IMG/VR virus record: IMGVR_UViG_3300050821_007029
Strand: one strand, 5' to 3'
DNA: 64,000 nucleotides
From: an uncultured virus (IMG/VR IMGVR_UViG_3300050821_007029)
Lineage: Duplodnaviria > Heunggongvirae > Uroviricota > Caudoviricetes
The notes below the pieces were generated by a model. The model worked only from the letters and a program-made list of their open reading frames with translations. It was not told where the DNA came from and did no database searches. The translations under genes and the position numbers were made by a program. Shown in pieces: positions 18,723-29,476 of this stretch. The first letter of the stretch is position 1. Each line of letters begins with the position of its first letter.

Positions 18723-19118
18723 TCATGGGAGCCTCTTTCGCGCCGCGAGCTGCTCATCGAACCGCAGGCTTTCCAGCAGTCGGCCTGCCAGGCGCGGGTC
18801 ACCGGAGACGACGATCCGTTGCGTCTCCGCGATGCCGGCGACGGCCACCCGGTGGAGCCGGTCCGTGGCGCCACAGTGCTCACATTCGGTCACCGTCAGG
18901 CCGCAGGGGTGGCACAGGCCCACATGGTCGAGAGCGGCGCCGCAGCCGTCCTCACACTCGGCGCCACCTCCTGGATACCCCGGGTGGACCATCAGGCCGC
19001 CGCGGGAGATTTCCTGGCAGGCGTCGCACAGCAGCACGACACCATCGGGATGGGCGGCTGCGAGCGTCGCGATGACCTCAGCCGTAAACGCCACCCGGCC
19101 CGGGGCTGTTTCGCTCAT
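18723..19118 (-). CDS. Cys-rich hypothetical protein
   Basis: multiple CxxC; coupled. Confidence 0.6.
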   Translation of the reverse strand: MSETAPGRVAFTAEVIATLAAAHPDGVVLLCDACQEISRGGLMVHPGYPGGGAECEDGCGAALDHVGLCHPCGLTVTECEHCGATDRLHRVAVAGIAETQRIVVSGDPRLAGRLLESLRFDEQLAARKRLP

Positions 19119-19391
19119 GTTGACGCCTCCACTCGTTCGGTGAGCACGTTCAGGTCGATTCCGAGGCGGTCAGCGGCGTCCACGATCGCCTGCCGCGACA
19201 CCGGCCCAGACGGCGACCACAAAGCGGCGACCAAGACATAGGCCTCGATCAGCGCGGTGAGCCGCGTCAGGTCAGTGCGGAGCCGCTCGTGGGTGAAGCG
19301 GGTATCACGGGCGCCGCGGGCCGCGAGGACCGCGTTGACACCCTGCGCGGCGAACCTGATCTCATCCACGAGCCGCTCAGTGTCAGCCATG

Positions 19392-19769
19392 TCAGGCTCC
19401 CAGGATCTGGGCGAGGCGCCCCGCCAGGGCGTGAGCCGCGGCCCACCCCGCGAACGTCTTCCCAAGCAGGCACGGCATGTACTCAGTTCCGGCGATGACA
19501 CCCACGTGGACGTAATGGCCTTCGTTGGAGCCGGTCGCCGCGAACACCACCAGGCGCCCATCCGGCCACTGGTGGTCCAGCTCCGCGTGGGTGCCGGTGA
19601 AATACTCCTCCGCGCCCTCGGGGTTCTCGCCCAGGATGACCCGGAGTTCATCGCGGACCTCGCGGATGGTCTTGTGGCGGGCCACCCGTGAGCAGCCCTC
19701 ATGGTCGGGGTGTGGTTCCCACACCACCGTGTCCACGGTCGTGTCCGGCGTGCTTGTGGCCGCCATCAC
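19392..19769 (-). CDS. hypothetical protein
   Basis: coupled ORF. Confidence 0.65.
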   Translation of the reverse strand: MMAATSTPDTTVDTVVWEPHPDHEGCSRVARHKTIREVRDELRVILGENPEGAEEYFTGTHAELDHQWPDGRLVVFAATGSNEGHYVHVGVIAGTEYMPCLLGKTFAGWAAAHALAGRLAQILGA

Positions 19770-20338
19770 TCGCCCTCCCGCCTGAACGTCGTGTTCGCGT
19801 ACCGGGCGGCGGACAGCGCCGCGTCAGGACCGCGCCCGAAATGAGCGAACGTCACCGACCCGGCGGTCAGCCGCGTCACGACCGTGTATAGGCAATAATC
19901 CCCGGCGTCCCCGGCGTCGTCCCATTCCACGACCATCCCCGGCGCCAGATCGTCCGGCAGATCAATCGTGAACGTGATCGGTGAGTGGATGAACAGCCAG
20001 TCCGGGCCCACGATGCGGGGCACGTTGGCTTCCACCACCCGGACCGCTGTCAGGAACCCCGGCACCGCCGGCAGATCCAGTTGCCCGAGACGCCTCTCCG
20101 ACACCATGTGTGTCGTCTCGCGTGGGGCTTCGTCGGCTTTCAGCGTGACCACGTCGCTGATCACCGTGTAGTCGGTGTCAGCGAACCAGCCACCCAGTGT
20201 GCCTTCCTTCTCCCGGGCGATGACTTCCTCGACGGGTGTGGCCGCCAGGTCATCGCAGCGGTTCGCGCTGGGCTCGCCCTGCTGCGCGTCGGTGAGGGTG
20301 AACTCGACCGTCACCCGGCGGCGGAACACGCGCTTCAC
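19766..20338 (-). CDS. hypothetical protein
   Basis: coupled ORF. Confidence 0.65.
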   Translation of the reverse strand: MKRVFRRRVTVEFTLTDAQQGEPSANRCDDLAATPVEEVIAREKEGTLGGWFADTDYTVISDVVTLKADEAPRETTHMVSERRLGQLDLPAVPGFLTAVRVVEANVPRIVGPDWLFIHSPITFTIDLPDDLAPGMVVEWDDAGDAGDYCLYTVVTRLTAGSVTFAHFGRGPDAALSAARYANTTFRREGE

Positions 20339-20685
20339 GACGACACCGCCGCATCCGGGGAGACCGGCTCCAGCACACCCGGCCTGGGCCGGTAACCGAA
20401 CGGGACAACGACCCCCGGGTGAACGTCGCAGTGGAACGCCCCGGCGGCCTCCGACTCAGGCGTGGTGAACTCGACGCCGTAACCGGGGTCGCTGCCCCAG
20501 CCCGCCCCGTACCCGGTGCAGGTGAGGACGTCACCCGGCCTCAGCCGCTGCCGCCAGCCGTCCCACGCGTACGGTCCCGCGCATTTCATGCCGTCAAGGG
20601 TCGCGTCCTCCGTGGCGACACGGAACTTGCCGCCGGGTTCGTAGCGGACACCGTCGTAGGTGACGGCCCGCCGCTCGCCCCTCAT
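20335..20685 (-). CDS. hypothetical protein
   Basis: coupled ORF. Confidence 0.65.
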   Translation of the reverse strand: MRGERRAVTYDGVRYEPGGKFRVATEDATLDGMKCAGPYAWDGWRQRLRPGDVLTCTGYGAGWGSDPGYGVEFTTPESEAAGAFHCDVHPGVVVPFGYRPRPGVLEPVSPDAAVSS

Positions 20686-20904
20686 GCCGCGACCTGGGCG
20701 GCGGCGGCGAACAGCTCAGCCTGCGCCTTGTCCTGCGCCAGCGCGCTCTTGTAAGCGTCAGACGCGCGCTTCGTCGCGGCGCGGCGCTGCTCGGGAGTCG
20801 CGTGGGGGTCGATGAGGGTTTCGAACGCTTCCTGCGCCAGACGTGACGCTGTCTCATGCGCGAGGGATTGAACGGTGCCGGGAGCCATTTGCGCCCTCCC
20901 CAAA

Positions 20905-20951
20905 GTGGTGGTTGATACCCCCATTCTATGTAGAAATGGTGAGGGTGTCAA
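20905..20951 (-). promoter_or_regulatory. box-containing promoter TTGACA-17-TAGAAT
   Basis: near-consensus sigma70 promoter; TTTCTACA abuts -10; CAACCACCAC leader. Confidence 0.9.
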
Positions 20952-20965
20952 TCAGGACAGAGCGG

Positions 20966-21283
20966 CTACGGGCCGGTGCTGTCCGTGGCCGACGCGGCGC
21001 TGGCCTGCACCTGGAACACGTCCGTCAGCTCCGCGTCCGCGTCATTGCCCACACCGGCCCACGTCACCACGACCGTCTGCAAACCCGGCCCATCCCACGT
21101 GACGTCGATCTCACAGTGGTAGGCGCCCGTGCTGTCGTGGACCGCCGTCTGCGTCACCGGCGGTGATCCCGCGCCGAACTGAGCGGTCACCGTCACCGTC
21201 GACGGATCAGCTGGGGCACCCACACCGTTAACGAACGCCGCTGAGCTCCGCACCGTCTGACCCGACGTGTATGGCGTAACCAC
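20966..21283 (-). CDS. beta-rich (Ig-like) hypothetical protein
   Basis: alternating hydrophobic beta pattern. Confidence 0.55.
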   Translation of the reverse strand: MVTPYTSGQTVRSSAAFVNGVGAPADPSTVTVTAQFGAGSPPVTQTAVHDSTGAYHCEIDVTWDGPGLQTVVVTWAGVGNDADAELTDVFQVQASAASATDSTGP

Positions 21284-21301
21284 CTGGTCAGCGTAACCCC
21301 G

Positions 21302-21655
21302 TCACCACGGCTGGGTTGGCTGCCACCGCTGACGCCGCCACACCTTCACCGGGCGGCTCTTACGCCGGGTCTTCGGGTCGATCCCCGGCGGATTCCCGCG
21401 CTTGCCGCCGTCGCGCCGGTTACACACGGGATGCTGCGGGCCCGCGTACCCCGACCTGTCAGGCAGGTGCCCCAGGTCAAACGGCGACCCCGGGGGGATC
21501 CAGCGGCCCGCCCGGACGACACATTCAGGAGCCGTGCAGAACGCGATCCCGGCTTCGACGTCAGCGGCGACGCGCTTCCGCAGAGCCTGATGCGCGGCGC
21601 CATAGCCCCGGGCAACGGTGTTGCCGCGTGACTCCCGGCGCTGGCGCGCGGTCAT
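21302..21655 (-). CDS. HNH-like endonuclease (phage packaging-associated type)
   Basis: RGYGAAHQALR...C...C...DLGH...GPQHPVCNR. Confidence 0.7.
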   Translation of the reverse strand: MTARQRRESRGNTVARGYGAAHQALRKRVAADVEAGIAFCTAPECVVRAGRWIPPGSPFDLGHLPDRSGYAGPQHPVCNRRDGGKRGNPPGIDPKTRRKSRPVKVWRRQRWQPTQPW

Positions 21656-22107
21656 GCCGCGGTGAGTTTCGCGCGGATCGACGCGGCGAGCTCACGCGCC
21701 TCCGGCCCCGGCTGAAGATCCGCCAAACGGGCGATGTCACCCTCAAGCTGGCCGAAATCAGTGTCAACAGCGCGGCGGGCCGCCTCAGCGTCATGGTGGG
21801 AATCAGCGGCGAACAGGGCGCTGATCGACGCGGCGAGGTTCGCGGCGTCCGTTGAGGCGTTGCAGTAGTAGGAGATCAGCGCCACCCACAGCACCGAACT
21901 CGACAGGTGAATGAACGAATGCAGGAACGCGCCGCGCAGGCCGCTGTAGTAGGCGGCGACGAGAAGCATCGCGAGAACCCACACGACAGTCCGGACAGCG
22001 GAGAACACCGCCATGTACAAGGCGGCGCGGCGCTGCCGGCTGACCCGCGCGTGGCCCTGGAGACCGTGGACGTGGGCGCGGGCGTGGATCCGCGACCGGA
22101 CACTCAC
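21652..22107 (-). CDS. membrane protein (2 TM)
   Basis: two hydrophobic helices; coupled. Confidence 0.65.
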   Translation of the reverse strand: MSVRSRIHARAHVHGLQGHARVSRQRRAALYMAVFSAVRTVVWVLAMLLVAAYYSGLRGAFLHSFIHLSSSVLWVALISYYCNASTDAANLAASISALFAADSHHDAEAARRAVDTDFGQLEGDIARLADLQPGPEARELAASIRAKLTAA

Positions 22108-22628
22108 GGCAGGTCAGGCGCTGGGGCGGCGGGCATGGCACCGCCAGCCGGGGGAGTGGGAGGCGCCGCGGCGCGGCTGACCGCGGCGAGGATCACCGTC
22201 TGCGTCTCCCGGATCAGTTCATCCTGGGCGAGGAGGTGCGCCTGCGCGGCGAGGATTTCGTGGAGTGCCGCCTCGCCGTCGTTGTAAGTGGCGAGGGCTT
22301 GTTTGTCGGCGGCTTTCGCGGCGACGTTCTGCCCCACCATGATGATCGACAGCAGGACCAGCTGGAGGAAGGTCTGCGCCACCCACGCGACGATGGTCGC
22401 GGCGCCGCCTTTGATCGCTGCTGGCAAGCTGATCAGGTCGAACGCCGCGAACACGTACGCGCACCACATGCTGCCAACCGCTTTGGTGATGACCAGGGCG
22501 AACGCGGTGTTGAACCGCTGGATCACGTTGCCTTCGGGGAGCTGGTCAGCGACGCGCACGGGGCCCGAGTCGCGGCGCTGATGAACCCACGGGTGATGGT
22601 GGTACACGTGCGGGGAGCGGTCGCTCAT
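22104..22628 (-). CDS. DUF1003-like membrane protein
   Basis: ITKAVGSMW...LQLVLLSIIMVGQN. Confidence 0.7.
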   Translation of the reverse strand: MSDRSPHVYHHHPWVHQRRDSGPVRVADQLPEGNVIQRFNTAFALVITKAVGSMWCAYVFAAFDLISLPAAIKGGAATIVAWVAQTFLQLVLLSIIMVGQNVAAKAADKQALATYNDGEAALHEILAAQAHLLAQDELIRETQTVILAAVSRAAAPPTPPAGGAMPAAPAPDLP

Positions 22629-23036
22629 AACCGCATCGTAGGAGTCACGGGGCGTAGAGCGTCGTCTCACACGCGGGGCACCAGTGGGCCAGGAGCTCAC
22701 CGGTGACGATCGACTCGACGGCGACCTTGGCGGGGTGGGCGCAGCCCATCGTCACCGACGCGGCCTGGGACGCGCGGGCGAACGCGTGCATGCCTTCGAT
22801 GACTCCGCCGCTGTGGAAGTGGCAGTTGACGAACGTGACCTGGCCGCCCGGCGCGATCCTGACGCCGCCGGACTGGCGGGCCTGCGTCATCGCCGGCGGC
22901 CGCTGGCGCACCGGCAGGTGCCCGGCGACGTAGGAGACGATCCCGGTGCCGGTGAACAGCAGCACCACGAGCAGCTGGATGGCCATGACACCGGTGACAC
23001 CCCACCAGCCGCCGAGCGCTGACGCCGTCCACGCCA

Positions 23037-23717
23037 TCATGTGGCACCGTCGAGCAGCCGGCGGAGGTGGTTCGGGACGGCGGCGACTTCGACGGCGTGG
23101 TACTTTCCATCGGCGAAATCCGCGGCGGTGCCTTCCCAGTCGGGCATGCGCCCCTCCCACCGGTCACGCATGTACTGGCGGGCCAGGTGCGCCATCCACG
23201 AAATCTCGGGGCCGATGATCTGGTTGGTGAACAGGTGCGCCCGGCGGGCCCAGTGGAAGTACATGCTCTGTGTGAGATCACCAGCGGCGTGGTGGCGGAT
23301 CAGGGCCAAAGCGAGTTCGCAGCCACTCATCCAGTCCGCCGCGACGAGCTCCCACACCTCCGGGCCGTAGCCACCCGTGTGACCCGAGGCCGCCTCACCC
23401 TCATAGGGGGCTTCGGTGAACGACCGCAGCAAACCCCGGCGCCGGCAGTCAGTGAGGTAAGCGAGGAGCCGCTGCGTCCCACCCGACTTCGCCGCCGGGT
23501 CAGCCCACATGGGCCGCCACCTGGCGCGGAACCGAAGTTCCGGTTCCCAGAAGAAATGCCACAAGTCCATGCCCTCACGGAGGACGCCGTGGACGAGGGG
23601 GTCGATGACGGTGGTGAGCAGCGCCATCGGGTCGCCGGCTGAGACGGGGAGGATGTTCACCTCCGACCACGCCTCGGGGCGGTTCACTTCGTCCCCGGAG
23701 TCAACCCGGCGGGCCAT
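23037..23717 (-). CDS. stand-alone lantibiotic dehydratase C-terminal (Lant_dehydr_C)-like domain protein
   Basis: LLTTVIDPLV...WHFFWEPELRFR...PYEGE...YG...SGCELAL...HLFTNQ resembles PF14028 pattern. Confidence 0.55.
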   Translation of the reverse strand: MARRVDSGDEVNRPEAWSEVNILPVSAGDPMALLTTVIDPLVHGVLREGMDLWHFFWEPELRFRARWRPMWADPAAKSGGTQRLLAYLTDCRRRGLLRSFTEAPYEGEAASGHTGGYGPEVWELVAADWMSGCELALALIRHHAAGDLTQSMYFHWARRAHLFTNQIIGPEISWMAHLARQYMRDRWEGRMPDWEGTAADFADGKYHAVEVAAVPNHLRRLLDGAT

Positions 23718-23718
23718 C

Positions 23719-24234
23719 TCATACCTGCCCCAGTTTGCGGAAGTCAGGCAGCACCGGGGGCCCGGTGAGTTTCGTCCACACGTGCAGCACCTCCGCGACG
23801 TTCACATGCTCATCTTTGGGGGCGACGACGACGATCCCGGCGTGGTCGGGGTAGCACAGCCACTGGGCTTCTTTCAGCTGCCGCCATTCCGGCAGCGTCC
23901 AGGTGCGGAGACTCACGGACAGGTGCGCCCACACCTCGCCGTCGTCTTCCTCACTGACCGAATGCATGAGGCGGATGCCGCGGGTGGGCTGATCCCAGGT
24001 TCCGAGGCCATCATCGCCGGGGACGCGGGGTTCCCAGTGGGCGCGGCGCAGCCGTTCCTCCTGCCCAGGAAGGCCGGCTGTCATGACGGCCTGGGACCGG
24101 TCCGTCGTTCTCACCGCGATCATGGCCGCGTATTCGGGGGAGGCGTGGCGGGTGGCGAGTTCGCGCCTGTTGGCGTCTTCCGCCGCGTGGCGTTCGGAGC
24201 GGGCGGCGCGTTTCGCCCTCGACGCCCTACCCAC
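23719..24234 (-). CDS. phage protein with HLSVS...LPxW...HVN...LHxW motif
   Basis: motif typical of a widespread phage DUF family. Confidence 0.7.
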   Translation of the reverse strand: MGRASRAKRAARSERHAAEDANRRELATRHASPEYAAMIAVRTTDRSQAVMTAGLPGQEERLRRAHWEPRVPGDDGLGTWDQPTRGIRLMHSVSEEDDGEVWAHLSVSLRTWTLPEWRQLKEAQWLCYPDHAGIVVVAPKDEHVNVAEVLHVWTKLTGPPVLPDFRKLGQV

Positions 24235-24493
24235 GGCGCCACCGTGGCCGCGTGGCTGTCAGCGTGGCGTGGCCCTCACCGGTGAGGATGTACGCGGGGA
24301 GGATCGCGCCGCTGGGGCTCACGCGGCGGTCACGGTGGATCAGCCCAGCTTTGGCGAGGTGGTCCAGCGCGGGGTACAGGCGCGCCGCGCCGAGGCTGGC
24401 GGCGTCGCCGATCTGGGTGGCGAACATCGCCAGGGCCGCGCGGTGCAGCTGGGCGAGGACACGCCGCTCAGCGCGGTTCAGCCGGCGTCTCAC
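24227..24493 (-). CDS. PadR/MarR-like winged-helix regulator
   Basis: LYPALDHLAKAGLI...YILTGEG; GTGA overlap. Confidence 0.7.
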   Translation of the reverse strand: MRRRLNRAERRVLAQLHRAALAMFATQIGDAASLGAARLYPALDHLAKAGLIHRDRRVSPSGAILPAYILTGEGHATLTATRPRWRRG

Positions 24494-25068
24494 GCGGCCG
24501 CCTCCGCTGTTCCGGGCACCCACATGAGGGCGTAGTTCAGGACTGCCTGCTGGAACGCCGAGTCCTTGTTCTGCTCCCACAAGGGCAGCTGGTCCCAGTC
24601 GACCAGGTTCGGATGCGTCGGCGGTTTCGCGTCCGGGTCTTTCACCGGCCCCCACACCCATCCGAGTTCCACCATCTCGGCCCGCCACGACTCGAACAGC
24701 TCGCGTGGGCTGTAGCCGCGTTTCGCGCGGGCGACCTGACGTTCGACCATCGCGCGGCGTTCCTCCGGGAACGTGTGCCATGACGGCGCCGGGGCGGGCT
24801 GGCCGAGGACGTCCTGATAGCCCTGCGCGTTGTAATGGCAGATGATCGCTATCTCACGGTCGGTGAGGCGGCGCATGGTCCTTTCCCCGTCGGCGGTGGC
24901 GGCGTAGCCGCATCTGTCACAAGACCAGGCGCCGCGGTACAGAGCGGCGTCGTAGTTGCACTGGTCGGTGGTGCCTGGTTTGGTGTGCCGGCGGCCGGTG
25001 AACAGTGGGAGCCCAGCGGCGGCGTTCATCGCCGCGGTCGCTTCCGGGTCTGGGTCGATGCTACCCAT
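24490..25068 (-). CDS. RyR domain protein
   Basis: ESW...GWVWGPVKD...THPNLVDWDQLP...KD. Confidence 0.85.
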   Translation of the reverse strand: MGSIDPDPEATAAMNAAAGLPLFTGRRHTKPGTTDQCNYDAALYRGAWSCDRCGYAATADGERTMRRLTDREIAIICHYNAQGYQDVLGQPAPAPSWHTFPEERRAMVERQVARAKRGYSPRELFESWRAEMVELGWVWGPVKDPDAKPPTHPNLVDWDQLPLWEQNKDSAFQQAVLNYALMWVPGTAEAAA

Positions 25069-25301
25069 CAGGTTTCTCCTCCCTCACCGTCCGCGGTCCG
25101 GCGGGCGGTGGTTTCCCTGCGGCGTTTCCTGGGTGACGTGAGCCGCACCATCGCGTGCGGCCCACGGTGGCGGAGGCGGCGGATCACGTGGCCAGCTTGG
25201 ACGGTGGCGTCGGTGTCGTCGCGGGCGGACACGCCGAACATCATCAGCGCGTGCCCCTCCGGGCGGGACACCACCACCGTGACCTGGAAATGCTGGCTCA
25301 C

Positions 25302-25688
25302 TTACCGCACCTTCCACGTTTTGCCGCCTGGCCGTGTCGGCCCGGAGCGGCGGTCCCTGCTGACCCACCACAGGGTTAACACGGCGACCTCCCGGCCGGG
25401 TGTGCCCCGCAGGTAGCTGACAGCTTCCGCGACGCTCGTCTTGCACGGTGGGCAGGTGTCGCACACGACGAGACGTGGCACGTCAGCGGGGTCGCTGGTG
25501 ATCACCGACTCGGCGTGGTGGAGACGCTCACCCTCGGTTTCGGCGAGGTGTTCAGCGACACCACGCAGGCATGAGGCGATCCCGCCGTGGCTGAGGGGGG
25601 TGGCGTTCAAAGTGGGTGGCCAGGGGATCACCGCCGAGTCACACCGTGTCGACGGCTGTCCCTCACCGGGGCCGACGGTCAGTTTCAT
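25302..25688 (-). CDS. hypothetical protein
   Basis: coupled ORF. Confidence 0.55.
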   Translation of the reverse strand: MKLTVGPGEGQPSTRCDSAVIPWPPTLNATPLSHGGIASCLRGVAEHLAETEGERLHHAESVITSDPADVPRLVVCDTCPPCKTSVAEAVSYLRGTPGREVAVLTLWWVSRDRRSGPTRPGGKTWKVR

Positions 25689-27510
25689 GGTCGCACCTGG
25701 GCCACACCAGCGACCATGAGCGCCACAGCACCCAGGTCAGCGGCGACCAGCAGCAGCCCCACCGTCCAGCGGTGACGTGGCGGCCAGCCTGCCAGCACCA
25801 CCATTGAAACCACCACCAGGCAAGCCGCGGCAACCAGCCCAGCGCCGAGGAGAATCACCGAGCACCTCCCGCGAGAAACAGCAGCCAGCAGCCACCGCAC
25901 ACCGCGATCAGCCCCGCCACCACCAAGGGATAAGGCACAGCACGATGCGGGCGCCGGTATGCGGCGGCGGCCAACGCTGCCACGCCGACACCTACACAGG
26001 CGCCACCGACGACGGTCAGGATCAGCATGGTTCCTCCCCGGTGAGGATCCGGCTGGTCAGGCACGGCTTCGGTGACAGGCACTCATCACACAGGCGCCTC
26101 GCGGAACTCACCGGCTGATGCAGTCCCCACAGTCGCTTCAGGATCTTGTGGTCGTCGCGGACGTGTGCCTCCGCGGCCTGAAGCCGCTCGTAGGCGTCGG
26201 TGCGGTCGCCCTCGATCTGGTAGGTGATGTCCACGTAGGCGCCGTCATCGCTGACGGCCGCCGCGGTGATGCGCGCCTGGCCCAAGACGATGGGGCCGAC
26301 ATGGAACGGCATGGTTTCCCCGACCGCGCTGGCGAACGCGAGCGGGTGGAACGCTTCACCGGGGGCCGCGCCGGCACGGACACGGATCTCCGTCATGCTC
26401 ACGTGGTTCTCCCGTTTATCAGGATCAGCCCGATCATGGCGTACCGGGCCACCCACAGCAGGCAGGCTAGGGGGTAGGCGGCGCGGAGCCACTGGGCGAG
26501 GATCGCGCACGCGAACGCCGCCAGGACGAACCCCGCCCACACGGCGCTCATGTCTGCTCCTGCGCCTGGTACGCGCTGGCGAGCACCTCGATGGGCGGCA
26601 ATCCCATGCGGGCGCGGGTCTTGTTGGCCCGCCCCACGCATGGTTCACACAGGGGGCGGGCCACCGACCGGGCCGTGGCCGCTTCCAGGCCACCCGGATG
26701 GTCACCAACATCGGGCGGGGTGTTCGTCGCCGGGTCAACACGCAGCGACGGCACCAAGTCAGGGTTGAAGGGGAACGGCCGCCCGCACAGGTAGCAGGGG
26801 CCGATCGCGACCAGGCCGGCGCTCATGGGCGCTGCCCGAGGACACGATTCTCGTGGACGTCAGCGGCCACGATCCGCGCGCCGGGGACGGCCCGCACAGC
26901 CGACAGCAGACCCACCGCCTCGGTGAGCGCGCCGGGAACGTCGCTGGCGGTCACTTCGACCGCGACCTCCGCGAGCACGGTGTAGGTGCGGATCTCAGGC
27001 ATGGGTTTCCTCCGCTTGAACAGGGCAGCCACGTGGGCATGGTTCCGCGCCGCAGTACCGCTCATGTGGGTAGCCGGGCTGGCTGGTGCCGCAGGTGCAC
27101 GACGGCGGGTCAGCCTCGACCATGCCCGTGCCATAACACACCGGGCACGCCGGGAGTGCCTTGCGGGGGCACGCCTTGACATGCTCAATGATCCACGCGA
27201 CCACGCCGGCGGCGGAGACCTTGTCCGGCCAGTATTCCGGCGCGTCGGTGGGTGTACCCAGGAACCGTTCCCGCGCGCCGCACCACCGGCAGCGGAGGTG
27301 GATAGCGCCGGCGTCGTGGCAGTCGAACACGACCCGCCCCAGCGTGTACGGGTTCACTGGGACACCTCGCCCGACTTGGCCAGCGGCACCTCAGCCGGGA
27401 ACTCGCGGTGGACATGGGGGTTGGCGTAGCCGCAGCGGAGCGCGGCGCATGGGACACCGGTGCTCCACCATCCGGGCACCGGCTCGGTGCCCGGCACCCA
27501 CACGTCGGCG

Positions 27511-28137
27511 TCAGGCATCGTGGTCCCCCTCGCTGATCAGCCCCGCCCTGGTGAGGATGTCCCCCACGATGGGGACCAGTTCAGCACCCGGCCAGGAACC
27601 GCCGTACCGCGCGTCCAGGTCTCTTGTCGCGGCCGCGAGTTCCCGCAGCCCGGACGTGTGCTTGTGCCACCCGGTGAGGAGTTCGTTCGCCGTGTTCACC
27701 ATCCCAGCCAGGAGCACGACCGCGGCGTCGTCACCGCACAGGCCCGTGCCGTCTTCCGGCATCCGGAAACCCTCATACTCCACGGGTGGGTACACCCACG
27801 TCACCGTCTCGTACGGGCCGGCGAGGAGCATCTCAGGCTTTAGGTCACGGAGCCGCACCATGACCCGGAACCCCGCCTCGTCCTGGTCGCGGCCATAGTC
27901 CACGATCAGCGACGCGCCAGGCGGGCAGGTGATGATCTCACCCTCCACCGCGGCGTCAGCGAGGGCGGCGGTCTCAGCGCCGTACTCATCGTCGCGGGGC
28001 TGCCATGTGACCGCGACTTCGGGGATGGAGTCGTCGTAGTCGACGTCGGCCAGGTCGGTGGGGTTTTCGTTCTGGGCGCGGCCGCGGGCCAGCCACTCCC
28101 GCGCCTTCGCCTCGTCGAACCCGAACGCGTCAGCCAC
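27511..28137 (-). CDS. hypothetical protein
   Basis: 208-aa ORF with normal composition. Confidence 0.65.
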   Translation of the reverse strand: MADAFGFDEAKAREWLARGRAQNENPTDLADVDYDDSIPEVAVTWQPRDDEYGAETAALADAAVEGEIITCPPGASLIVDYGRDQDEAGFRVMVRLRDLKPEMLLAGPYETVTWVYPPVEYEGFRMPEDGTGLCGDDAAVVLLAGMVNTANELLTGWHKHTSGLRELAAATRDLDARYGGSWPGAELVPIVGDILTRAGLISEGDHDA

Positions 28138-28232
28138 GGTGCGCCTCGTCGCCGTGGGCGGCGACGACTGTCCAGGTGTCAGCCATGGCGGGCCGCCGTG
28201 TGGGTTTCATTCATGAGGGATGATCCCCCTTC

Positions 28233-28283
28233 GTGGTGGTGGTTGGACACCCCCATCTTATGTAGAAAAGACGGGGTCCGCAA
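28233..28283 (-). promoter_or_regulatory. box-containing promoter TTGCGG-17-TAAGAT
   Basis: TTTTCTACA abuts -10; CAACCACCAC leader. Confidence 0.85.
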
Positions 28284-28300
28284 GTGGTGCAGAAATGGCG

Positions 28301-29446
28301 TTATTTGCCTTCCCCTGGGCCGATTGGCATGAGCAGGCACCGGAACGGGTCCACGCCCTCGGCGTCGGACACCAGCATCGTCTTCCGGCACCGCGGCGGC
28401 TCATCATCGGTCTTGCCCGCGAGGTCGAGCCGGACGATCCCGGCGAAACCGCGCAGGAGATCATCGAGGTAGCGGATGTTGTACCGCGTCACCGCGGGGC
28501 CGCCCTGATGAGCGGCGGTGACGAGCTGGCGGGTCAGTGGCTTGTCCTGGCCGGCGCTGACCGCGCACACCTCCAGGCCGCCGTCGGCGAGCCCCAGTGT
28601 CAGCATGGGGCTCTTGGTGTCGGCGGCGGCGAGAGCACCAACGACCGCTTCCCGCAGCCCGGCGGCTTCCGCGACGGCCGACACCTCATCCTGGGCAGCC
28701 GGGCGCATGAGCGGCCGCCACGAGATGAACTCGCCCATCTGGCGGCGCATCGTCACTTTCCGCCACCCGCCCTGGAACCCCACCAGGGTGTCTGAGGCGT
28801 GGATGGACACCAGGTGCTTCGCCAGGCCGTGGAGCGCCTTCACCAGGGGGCGCGCCGGGATGAGGAGCCGTTCCACGGAGCCGCCGGCCAGCGTCCAGGG
28901 AACCTCATCAACGGCGAGACGGTACCGGTCGGTGGCGGCCACGACCAGCTGGGTGACGTCCGGCTCGAGTGAGACGCAGCAGATCGCGGGGAGGGTGTCG
29001 TCGGTTGACGCGCACCGCGCGACCCGTTCCACCGACCGGTGCAGCGCCTCACCGTCAGCCTGCCCCACGACCGGCGGCAACTCAGGCAACTGGGGGTACT
29101 CAGTGACGTCGAGCGGTGTCAAGTTGGCCTCAACACCGCCGCCGCGCAAGGTGATGGCTGTCTTCGTGGCGGTGATCTCCACCAGGCCACCCGCCGGCAT
29201 GGGCTTCAGCGCCCGTGTCAGGGACGCGTGACCCACCAGCGTCTCACCCCGTGACACCGGGCCCTCGGCGGCGTCGAGGATGTCGGAGGCGGACACGTCA
29301 TAGTCGGTCGCCGCGATCGTGAGGCGGGGGCCGTGGACGGTGAGCCGCACGCCGGCGAGGACAGGCAGCGCGGGCCGGCTCGACACGGCCTGCTTCACCC
29401 AGGTGAGCGCCTGGGTGAGTTCCCGGACGGAAACCGTGATCTTCAT
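28301..29446 (-). CDS. dnaN: DNA polymerase III sliding clamp (beta subunit)
   Basis: SRPALPVLAGV, ATDYD, ATDRYRL, YLDDLL, LLMPI. Confidence 0.92.
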   Translation of the reverse strand: MKITVSVRELTQALTWVKQAVSSRPALPVLAGVRLTVHGPRLTIAATDYDVSASDILDAAEGPVSRGETLVGHASLTRALKPMPAGGLVEITATKTAITLRGGGVEANLTPLDVTEYPQLPELPPVVGQADGEALHRSVERVARCASTDDTLPAICCVSLEPDVTQLVVAATDRYRLAVDEVPWTLAGGSVERLLIPARPLVKALHGLAKHLVSIHASDTLVGFQGGWRKVTMRRQMGEFISWRPLMRPAAQDEVSAVAEAAGLREAVVGALAAADTKSPMLTLGLADGGLEVCAVSAGQDKPLTRQLVTAAHQGGPAVTRYNIRYLDDLLRGFAGIVRLDLAGKTDDEPPRCRKTMLVSDAEGVDPFRCLLMPIGPGEGK

Positions 29447-29476
29447 GTGGTGGTTCCTTTCGTGGTGGCTGGGCTT

